Assembly (NCBI GenBank): GCA_002269645.1
Contig: NIVC01002560.1
Span: 62,001-126,000, forward strand
Direction: 5' to 3'
Source of the DNA: Macrostomum lignano
Lineage: Eukaryota
Length of the DNA: 64,000 bases
Shown here: positions 54,630 through 64,000 of the stretch, piece after piece
How positions within the stretch are numbered: the stretch's first letter is position 1
Layout of the letters: every line of letters begins with the position of its first letter
Position numbers and translations under genes: made by a program
The notes under the pieces: model-generated
Told to the model about the DNA's origin: nothing
Databases searched by the model: none
Seen by the model: only the letters and a program-made list of their open reading frames with translations

Positions 54630-54903
54630 TAATTTAATAGGCCTAGCCTCATAGCCTGTTAGTGCAAAAATACTGGTAATAGGCCTAGGCCTATATTAAC
54701 TTTTTTATTCTGCTTTTTGGATTTTCTCTTTCATTGCCTTCTTATATTCTTCAAGTCCAAGAATAGGTCAAAAGAACAAAGCCTAGTCCCTACCTAGTCT
54801 AGTCAGAAAGAAGAGTTAGTCCTAAGCTAAGGGCCTAGGCTTAACAGGTCAGTTGATATTTTGGCCAACATCCAATAACCTGGTTATTGAATCTGGTTAA
54901 CCT

Positions 54904-54971
54904 CAAAAAAATATAACCTGGTTATTGGATATTAATTAACCAATATCCAATAACCAGGTTATATTTTTTTG
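54904..54971. repeat. Perfect 30-bp inverted repeat with 8-nt loop
   Basis: CAAAAAAATATAACCTGGTTATTGGATATT-AATTAACC-reverse complement. A further arm copy follows at ~54979-55009. Confidence 0.9.
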
Positions 54972-55267
54972 ACCATACCAATATCCAATAACCAGGTTAT
55001 ATTTTTTTGTAAAACCCCCCCCCCCAAGTGCTTTTTATTATATAAAAATAAATGGCTAGGACTGCATTAATCTTAAGCTTAACTCCCTATTACATTAATT
55101 GCACAATGTGCATATAGGATAAAACTGTGTTTGAATCTTTCTATTTATATAAACTGATATTGTTTTTTATTTATCAGTTTATTACCAAGTTATGAGCTTA
55201 AGAAATTCAAAAAAGGATGATGAAATTTTTGTATGTAGAATGACAAGTATTTTATTAGTTCTTGTAA

Positions 55268-55571
55268 TGATAATTAATAATTGATTACACCTGCCCCAAT
55301 TTGGCTAGATATGCATCTGACAGCTCAGCCACAGCTATTGTGTGGCGCATCTGAAGGCTGTATATAGCTGTTTAGTCCAAGGACTGGGAGTTGCCACACA
55401 CCCTCAATTACCCCAGCTACTACTGGCATCCATTTTACAGCTGGGTGAACTGAAGCAATGCAGAGTTAAGTGTCTTGCTCAAGGGCATAAATTGTCCAAG
55501 TGGGATTGAGAATTGGACCCCTGGCCTTCAAGTTGTGAGTCCAACACTAATAACCATTAGGCTACAGCCCC
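55268..55571 (-). mobile_element. tRNA-derived SINE, family B, with CORE-like central domain
   Basis: Head GGGGCTGTAGCCTAATGG...GGTCCAATTC. Central CCTTGAGCAAGACACTTAACTC...TTCAGTTCACCCAGCTGTAAAATGG (55430-55484). ATT-rich tail. Candidate TSD CTTGTAA (55261-55267, 55572-55578). Confidence 0.7.
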
Positions 55572-55736
55572 CTTGTAACCCCCCCCCCCTTGTATAACCC
55601 CTTCGACAATGGTATCCTAACTAAATTCGATAACTCAATATGCAGATGCACTTTTTACTTTAATTCTAGGCATACGATATAACATTATCTGTAACTTCAT
55701 GTCGAGCTGTTTATTCAGCGGAAATCTGGCCATCGA

Positions 55737-56733
55737 ATGTCTTCAGTTCGGATTCAAAATCTTAGCGATGAGGAACTTCACCGCGAGCTGAGCAGATTTC
55801 TAGTGCCGGAATCTGTGCCTCCGGTCAGCTGGTTCAACAGGCGGCTCATTGAGCGAAAATTGGCCAGGTGCTTGGATGGCCAGGTGCCTTACTCATCCAC
55901 TGTTTCCCTGGCTAGCTGGTGAGTTCCAGGCCGAATCCCGCTGCGGGACCACCAAGTCTCGAATCCCCAATCCCGCAGCGGCACCACAGAGTTCCGAATC
56001 CCCAATCCCACAGCGGCACCAGAGTCCCGAATCCCCAATCCCACAGCGGCACCACAGAGTCCCGAATCCCCAATCCCACAGCGGCACCAGAGTCCCGAAT
56101 CCCCAATCCCACAGCGGCACCACAGAGTCCCGAATCCCCAATCCCGCAGCGGCACCACAGAGCCCCCGAATTCCCAATCCCGCAGCGGCACCACAGAGCC
56201 CCCGAATTCCCAATCCCGCAGCGGCACCACAGAGCCCCCGAATTCCCAATCTCGCAGCGGCACCACAGAGCCCCCGAATTCCCAATCCCGCAGCGGCACC
56301 ACAGAGCCCCCGAATTCCCAATCCCGCAGCGGCACCACAGAGCCCCCGAATTCCCAATCCCGCAGCGGCACCACAGAGTCCCGAATTCCCAATCCCACAG
56401 CGGCACCACAGAGTCCCGAATTCCCAATCCCACAGCGGCACCAGCTCCACTCGTACCGGTGTCGGCAGTCGCAGAGGCGGCGCTGGCACGCCGATCCCGC
56501 CGGAAGCGTCGCCGACTCCAAAGGCCCGCTCCACGGCCACGTGGCTGGTGGCGCTGGCGGTCTGCTGCGCGGTGCTCATCCTGCTGCTCAGCCTGGACCC
56601 GGCCTTGGAGCGGCCGCCACCGCCACCCATGCCGCAGTCGTTGAGGGGCGCCGTCGCCGACTCCCAGCAGCTGCTGGCCGATGGCGCCGCTGCCGCGGTG
56701 GAATTCGACGCTAGCGGAGAGTTCGTGGGCTGA
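55737..56733 (+). CDS. Small LEM-domain single-pass membrane protein (emerin/LAP2beta-like), 156 aa
   Basis: Exons 55737-55918 and 56445-56733 (phase 2, TG/GTGAGT donor). LEM-like LSDEELHRELSRF..VPPVSWFNRRLIERKL. TM TWLVALAVCCAVLILLLSL. Confidence 0.75.
55945..56444. repeat. ~38-40-bp minisatellite forming the LEM-gene intron
   Basis: Unit GAGYCCCGAATYCCCAATCCCRCAGCGGCACCACA, ~12 copies. Confidence 0.95.
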
Positions 56734-57374
56734 CTTTGGCGTCGCTGAGACACTCCCGGGACGTCGGCGGTTTAGGGAATGTCGCTGCAAATACCACGAC
56801 TCACTGGGGGATCAAAATTTGCTTCAAGATTAGCGAGAGAGCTAATTCGCAACTCTGCAATTTCATCATCCTCTGGGGTGGGGGGCCATAATGGCCAAAG
56901 GCTCTCATTTCGTAAAAAGCACACCACAGCTTTTAGGGAAAATCTAATTTAGGGAACGTCATTCAATTTTACGAGTACTAATTATTTATTGATAGCCAAG
57001 TGAATCTGATAAGTGGCTGAAAAAAATCTGAATTTATCTATTATATCCCATTGGTGTTGTACCAGCGTTTATCAAGTGCTTACTGCCCAGTATTATCCAG
57101 TGCTATTAGTTCTGTCAGTCTGCCCTATTCACATTGTCAGTATTGTTTTTATTCTATTGATTATTTCCAGCTTTTTTCAACAGTTTTTTTTTCACAAAAG
57201 TTCAGCTTCCTGCTTAGCTGCATCTCCGGGGAATTTTTACAGACATTTTTAGCAGTTTTTAATATGGCATCACGGCTTCTGATCCCATCAAATATATTCT
57301 TTGTGTTTATTTGCACTTTTTCTGTTCTAGAAATGGCAAAGTGGCCTGCTTTTTGTCTTAATTTATCTTACTGT

Positions 57375-58495
57375 GTCAGGTGTGCCACTGTCTGCCCCCA
57401 GGGCCAGTGTGTCAGGTCAGGTGTGCCACTGTCTGCCCCAGGGCCAGTGTGTCAGGTCAGGTGTGCCACTGTCTGCCCCAGGGCCAGTGTGTCAGGTCAG
57501 GTGTGCCACTGTCTGCCCCCAGGGCCAGTGTGTCAGGTCAGGTGTACCGCTGTCTGCCCCCAGGGCCAGTGTGTCAGGTCAGGTGTGCCACTGTCTGCCC
57601 CCAGGGCCAGTGTGTCAGGTCAGGTGTGCCACTGTCTGCCCCCAGGGCCAGTGTGTCAGGTCAGGTGTGCCACTGTCTGCCCCCAGGGCCAGTGTGTCAG
57701 GTCAGGTGTGCCGCTGTCTGCCCCCAGGGCCAGTGTGTCAGGTCAGGTGTGCCGCTGTCTGCCCCCAGGGCCAGTGTGTCAGGTCAGGTGTGCCACTGTC
57801 TGCCCCCAGGGCCAGTGTGTCAGGTCAGGTGTGCCGCTGTCTGCCCCCAGGGCCAGTGTGTCAGGTCAGGTGTGCCGCTGTCTGCCCCAGGGCCAGTGTG
57901 TCAGGTCAGGTGTGCCGCTGTCTGCCCCCAGGGCCAGTGTGTCAGGTCAGGTGTGCCACTGTCTGCCCCAGGGCCAGTGTGTCAGGTCAGGTGTGCCGCT
58001 GTCTGCCCCCAGGGCCAGTGTGTCAGGTCAGGTGTGCCGCTGTCTGCCCCCAGGGCCAGTGTGTCAGGTCAGGTGTGCCACTGTCTGCCCCCAGGGCCAG
58101 TGTGTCAGGTCAGGTGTGCCGCTGTCTGCCCCCAGGGCCAGTGTGTCAGGTCAGGTGTACCGCTGTCTGCCCCCAGGGCCAGTGTGTCAGGTCAGGTGTG
58201 CCGCTGTCTGCCCCCAGGGCCAGTGTGTCAGGTCAGGTGTGCCACTGTCTGCCCCAGGGCCAGTGTGTCAGGTCAGGTGTGCCGCTGTCTGCCCCCAGGG
58301 CCAGTGTGTCAGGTCAGGTGTGCCACTGTCTGCCCCAGGGCCAGTGTGTCAGGTCAGGTGTGCCACTGTCTGCCCCCAGGGCCAGTGAGTCAGGTCAGGT
58401 GTGCGGCTGTCTGCCCCCAGGGCCAGTGTGTCAGGTCAGGCGTACCGCTGTCTGCTGTCTGCCCAACCAGGGCCAGTGTGTCAGGTCAGGTGTGG
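57375..58495. repeat. 39/40-bp minisatellite x~28
   Basis: Unit CCCCAGGGCCAGTGTGTCAGGTCAGGTGTGCCRCTGTCTG. Confidence 0.97.
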
Positions 58496-58524
58496 CATTC
58501 CACGTGTCATATATGATGTGCCAC

Positions 58525-60480
58525 TGTTGGCTAGCCCCATTGTGTCAGCCATGCCCATCAGTCTGACCCCATTGTGTCAGCCATGCCCATCAGTCTGACC
58601 CCATTGTGTCAGCCATGCCCATCAGTCTGACCCCATTGTGTCAGCCATGCCCATCAGTCTGACCCCATTGTGTCAGCCATGCCCATCAGTCTGACCCCAT
58701 TGTGTCAGCCATGCCCATCAGTCTGACCCCATTGTGTCAGCGGTGCCCATCAGTCTGACCCCATTGTGTCAGCCATGCCCATCAGTCTGACCCCATTGTG
58801 TCAGCGGTGCCCATCAGTCTGACCCCATTGTGTCAGCGGTGCCCATCAGTCTGACCCCATTGTGTCAGCCATGCCCATCATTCTGATCCCATTGTACCAG
58901 CGGTGCCAATCAGTCTGACCCCATTGTGTCAGCCATGCCCATCAGTCTGACCTCATTGTGTCAGCGGTGCCCATCAGTCTGACCCCATTGTGTCAGCGGT
59001 GCCCATCAGTCTGACCCTATTGTGTCAGCCATGCCCATCATTCTGATCCCATTGTGCCAGCGGTGCCAATCAGTCTGACCCCATTGTATCAGCCATGCCC
59101 ATCAGGCTGACCCCATTGTGTCAGCCATGCCCATCAGTCTGACCCCATTGTGTCAGCGGTGCCCATCAGTCTGACCCCATTGTGTCAGCCATGCCCATCA
59201 GTCTGACCCCATTGTGTCAGCGGTGCCCATCAGTCTGACCCCATTGTGTCAGCGGTGCCCATCAGTCTGACCCTATTGTGTCAGCCATGCCCATCAGTCT
59301 GATCCCATTGTGTCAGCGGTGCCCATCAGTCTGACCCCATTGTGTCAGCGGTGCCCATCAGTCTGACCCTATTGTGTCAGCCATGCCCATCATTCTGATC
59401 CCATTATGTCAGCCATGCCGATCAGTCTGGCCCCATTGTGTCAGCCATGCCCATCAGTCTGATCCCATTGTGTCAGCCATGCCCATCAGTCTGACCCCAT
59501 TGTGTCAGCGGTGCCCATCAGTCTGACCCCATTGTGTCAGCGGTGCCCATCAGTCTGACCCCATTGTGTCAGCCATGCCCATCATTCTGATCCCATTGTG
59601 CCAGCGGTGCCAATCAGTCTGACCCCTTGTGTCAGCCATGCCCATCAGTCTGACCCCATTGTGTCAGCGGTGCCCATCAGTCTGACCCCATTGTGTCAGC
59701 GGTGCCCATCAGTCTGACCCTATTGTGTCAGCCATGCCCATCAGTCTGACCCCATTGTGTCAGCGGTGCCCATCAGTCTGACCCCATTGTGTCAGCGGTG
59801 CCCATCAGTCTGACCCTATTGTGTCAGCCATGCCCATCATTCTGATCCCATTGTGCCAGCGGTGCCAATCAGTCTGACCCCATTGTGTCAGCCATGCCCA
59901 TCAGGCTGACCCCATTGTGTCAGCCATGCCCATCAGTCTGACCCCATTGTGTCAGCGGTGCCCATCAGTCTGACCCCATTGTGTCAGCCATGCCCATCAG
60001 TCTGACCCCATTGTGCCAGCGGTGCCAATCAGTCTGACCCCTTGTGTCAGCCATGCCCATCAGTCTGACCCCATTGTGTCAGCGGTGCCCATCAGTCTGA
60101 CCCCATTGTGTCAGCGGTGCCCATCAGTCTGACCCTATTGTGTCAGCCATGCCTATCAGTCTGACCCCATTGTGTCAGCGGTGCCCATCAGTCTGACCCC
60201 ATTGTGTCAGCGGTGCCCATCAGTCTGACCCCATTGTGTCAGCGGTGCCCATCAGTCTGACCCTATTGTGTCAGCCATGCCCATCAGTCTGACCCCATTG
60301 TGTCAGCGGTGCCCATCAGTCTGACCCCATTGTGTCAGCCATGCCGATCAGTCTGGCCCCATTGTGTCAGCCATGCCGATCAGTCTGGCCCCATTGTGTC
60401 AGCCATGCCCATCAGTCTGATCCCATTGTGTCAGCCATGCCCATCAGTCTGATCCCATTGTGTCAGCCATGCCCATCAGT
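58525..60480. repeat. 32-bp minisatellite x~61
   Basis: Unit CCCCATTGTGTCAGC(CA/GG)TGCCCATCAGTCTGA. Confidence 0.97.
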
Positions 60481-60540
60481 CAACACCCTCCTTGCCCACT
60501 GCTTCATGCCAGCAGCCACAGCCCGATAGAGAACCGCGCA

Positions 60541-60783
60541 ATGGACTCACTCAGGCGCTTCCTAGAGAGCTACCTGTCCCAGGTGGACGGCCTGTCTGCC
60601 ATTTTGCTGTCGGACCGAGACGGCGTCGGTCTGATGAGCGCCGCCCAGCCCGAGTGCCAGTGGGCCGTGGAGGCTGTCGTGAAGCGTGGCCTGGTGCCCG
60701 GCTTCTGCCAGGCGGCCGAGCAGGCCGGCAAGCTGGGGGTCGGCCCGGCCAGCGCCTTCGTCACCAACTATGGCCAAATGACG
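60541..60783 (+). CDS. LAMTOR3: Ragulator subunit LAMTOR3 (MP1), first coding exon; the remainder was not found in the window
   Basis: MDSLRRFLESYLSQVDGLSAILLSDRDGV...AEQAGKLGVG matches the LAMTOR3 N-terminus. ACG/GTAAGA donor at 60784. Confidence 0.85.
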
Positions 60784-61129
60784 GTAAGAGTCTTGGGGCT
60801 AATTTCCGACTGCTTGTCATTTCCGTGTTGTCAGCTATTTGTTAGGCTTGTCAGCTACTGTCAATATGCATGTGTCAGGTTTTTTCTGCCACTGTTAGAT
60901 GCATCTGGGTCAGCAGACTTATAAGCTAGTGTCAGTCCCTTGTGTCAGACTTGTGAGTCATTATCAGCTCCGTGTGTCAGACTTGTGAGTCATCATCATC
61001 AGCTCCGTGTGTCAGACTCCCTCTGGTAAATAAACCAGATAACACCACAAGATAATTTGCGAATCTTGTCAGATTCACTACCGATTTCCTTGTTTGAGTT
61101 GCGAAACTGGTGAAACCACCAGATTCGTC

Positions 61130-61810
61130 ACCAGATAATTTTTTGTTTTCTTGTTTGACTGTTATCTGGTGAGTTATCTGAATTTCACCAGATAACATGG
61201 CCCGAATCTTGCTTAGAAATCAGATTACATGACAAGATTTGCCACCAGATAATTTTTTGTTTTCTTGTTTGACTGTTATCTGGTGAGTTATCTGAATTTC
61301 ACCAGATAACATGGCCCGAATCTTGCTTAGAAATCAGATTACATGACAAGATTTGCCACCAGATAATTTTTTGTTTTCTTGTTTGACTGTTATCTGGTGA
61401 GTTATCTGAATTTCACCAGATAACATGGCCCGAATCTTGCTTAAAAATCAGATTACATGACAAGATTTGCCACCAGATAATTTTTTGTTTTCTTGTTTGA
61501 CTGTTATCTGGTGAGTTATCTGAATTTCACCAGATAACATGGCCCAAATCTTGCTTAGAAATCAGATTACATGACAAGATTTGCCACCAGATAATTTTTT
61601 GTTTTCTTGCTTGATTGAATCTTGTTTGAATCGGAATTTCACAGGATAACATGGTGCGAATCTTGTTTGAAAATCAGATAACAGTACAAGATTCGCCACC
61701 AGGTAATTTTTTGTTTTCTTGTTTGATTGAATCTTGTTTGAATCGGAATTTCACAGGATAACATGGTGCGAATCTTGTTTGAAAGACAGATAACAGTACA
61801 AGATTTAAAT
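61130..61810. repeat. 114-bp tandem repeat x4 plus ~2 variant units (LAMTOR3 intron)
   Basis: Units start at 61131, 61245, 61359, 61473 and 61587. Confidence 0.95.
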
Positions 61811-62329
61811 CAGGATAACTGTGCATTATCTAGTCTGTAAGAAACCTGTGTGAATCTGAAATTTACCGGATAACAGGATGCGAATCTGGTTTGCAAACCA
61901 GATAATGGAAAAAGATTTCAATCAAGATGCCTTTGTGTTATCCGGTCTGTAAGAACCCGTTGTACTTTTCACCCATAATTTTTTTCAGAATTTCGTGATC
62001 CAGGCCTAATTTAATTGATTTCCAAGTGAAGGCCCGGATCAGCATTTTTAGCCTGGAATAGCCCCTTTTTTCCGGAAATGTGATCCTGCAAAAGTTCGGG
62101 AAAAAGGAAAGCTGTTCCGGCTGCATTTTCCGAAATTTTTCACCTTGAACACTGCTAAATTCTAATTGTAGACCCAAATTTCAGGTTTTCCAAATGAAAA
62201 TGTTCTGGATGAGATTTCAGGAGTTCAGTCGGAATTCCTCAGTGATCTAGACCAAGTGATTCGGCAAATCCACAGGGATCAGCTCCCATTGACTCGAATC
62301 TCGATGAAGTTATGGATAAGACTGGACTT

Positions 62330-62550
62330 CGCGTCTGTTGTGGCTCAAGGCAGCTGCTAAGCTGACCTGCGATGGATAATCAATCCTCGCTTCTGTTGGG
62401 ACTCAAGGCAGCTGCTAAGCTGACCTGCGATGGATAATCAATCCTCGCTTCTGTTGGGACTCAAGGCAGCTGCTAAGCTGACCTGCGATGGATAATCAAT
62501 CCTCGCTTCTGTTGGGACTCAAGGCAGCTGCTAAGCTGACCTGCGAGGGG
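62330..62550. repeat. 58-bp tandem repeat x~3.7 inside a diverged ~540-bp duplication (62330-63460)
   Basis: Unit CTGTTGGGACTCAAGGCAGCTGCTAAGCTGACCTGCGATGGATAATCAATCCTCGCTT. A single related copy lies near 62990. Confidence 0.88.
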
Positions 62551-64000
62551 TAAAGTGCCATATATCAGCAAACGCTAGCGCTCGTAATGTGAGGCCGTGC
62601 CCACCCTCCCTGCAGGTGATAGCTTTGTTGGCTCTCCGACAAACTATTGCATTCTTATTGTGCTGGAGAGGTTTGACTCCCAATGGCATGTAGTCTGTCG
62701 CGGTTACTTAGTGTATCAGATTACCCTATTATCTGGTGCAGCTGGGTGTCTAGATGGAGCTGTGGCATGGTTCCAAAAGCTCCTACTGGCCCAGTTCTAA
62801 GGTAGCCTTTTTTTAAGACAGACGTTATTCTAGCTCTTGCTAGAGCATGCTCCATTGGGTTGTCTAAAGCGTCTGCAGTGTTGGTGTATGGCCACCAGTG
62901 AGGGATAATTGAACCCCGCTTCAACCGATGAATCAAAGTTGAGCAGTTGACTGAAAATGCTGACCTACGAGGGGTAATCAAACCTCGCGTCTGTTGTGGC
63001 TCAAGGCAGCTGCTAAGAGTAGTCACTTTTATTTGACTACGCGGGTCAATCTAATCCGAGGGGTAATAAAGCCTCGAAATTGCAAGGTGAATTGATCTGC
63101 TTTTCGGAGGCACTGTAGCGTCCGTAATGTGAGGCTGAGCCCATCCTCCGTACAGGTGACAATTGAAAAATTGTTGCGCCCTGATTGTGTGCGAGAGGTT
63201 TGACTACCACTGGCATGTAGTCTATCACAGCTGCTTAGTGTGTCAACGGGCTGAATGATTCTATCGTCATATTTGACGCTTAGAAGCATGAGTCAGCCAA
63301 CCATATTGTTTGGCACAGCTGGGTGTCTAGACTGAGACTGTGGCATAGTTCCAAATAGCTCTAACTGGCCCAGTATGCAAAGCAGCTTTCCTATTAAGAT
63401 AGACGCTAATCCGATTTTTTTCGGTGCATGCTCCATTGGTTTGTCTAAGGCGTTTGCAGTTGCACCAGCCGAGAGCAGATCAAGTCAAGAGAGTAGTCGT
63501 TACAGACCATGTCGGTAATCTTGTCGAGATTTAATAAATCCTCGAACAAGTCAAGGGAGTAGTCGTTACAGACCATGAGTGTCGGCAATCTTGTCAGCCA
63601 CTTTTTCCGGAGGGTGTCACTGCTTCGAACGACGCAGTTGATGATGCCGTTGGACGATCGTCCATCGCACTAGCGACATCTGCAACGCCAAGTCGGTTGG
63701 ATATTACCGTTGGCGCACGGGATTGCGAAAACAATCAGGTAAGAGTTTCCAGCGTAGTCGGCATTTCGTGGACGCAACGAAGCCAGCGCCGCGCGAGCCG
63801 GCGCATCAGATGATACACCATTCACTTTGTCTCCGGTCTACGAGCAGCCGATCAACGAAAGCCAGTTGTTTCCGGATGACGACTATGCTACGAATGAAAC
63901 TTCTATCGACACAGCCGACGCTACTTGTGAACGGTCGTATAATATGGCAATGCCTGTCGGCACACCGTCACTATCTGTTAGAGCTAGACAATCGAGAGTG

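Noticed and set aside
55881-55890. Alternative LEM exon-1 donor CAG/GTGCCT
   Set aside because: Weaker consensus and phase 0, which does not match the in-frame terminal acceptor at 56445.
57051-58566. Cys-rich 378-445 aa ORFs resembling keratin-associated or metallothionein proteins
   Set aside because: They arise from the 39/40-bp array. Units vary by 1 nt and all three frames are open, so there is no frame constraint.
63480-64000. Possible start of another gene or TE ORF at the window end
   Set aside because: Stops within ~100 codons in the frame traced, no motif, and truncated by the window edge.

Overview
Eukaryotic (animal) genomic DNA, not prokaryotic. It has GC-rich exons, canonical GT-AG introns and a very heavy load of locus-specific minisatellites and transposons. 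The architecture and a CD59-like Ly6 gene resemble a free-living flatworm such as Macrostomum (inference only). Hand-built, phase-consistent gene models: DRC2/CCDC65 (5 exons), a PCSK7-type proprotein convertase (9 exons), a 4-EF-hand calmodulin-like gene (6 coding exons), a GPI-anchored Ly6/uPAR gene (3 exons), AAMP (4 exons), a small LEM+TM gene (2 exons) and the first exon of LAMTOR3. Also present are a frame-disrupted FkbM-type methyltransferase and four orphan ORFs. Mobile elements: a young full-length Ty3/Gypsy LTR retrotransposon (one nonsense codon in pol), an intact-ORF mariner, two tRNA-derived SINE families (one with a CORE-like domain), three MITE-like elements with TSDs and a 3.4-kb TG..CA insertion. 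No rRNA, functional tRNA or CRISPR array was found. The most striking pattern is that most longer introns are largely filled by their own private tandem repeat or a TE, and in one case (LEM gene) the array spans essentially the whole intron. All coordinates were read by eye. No database searches were run.
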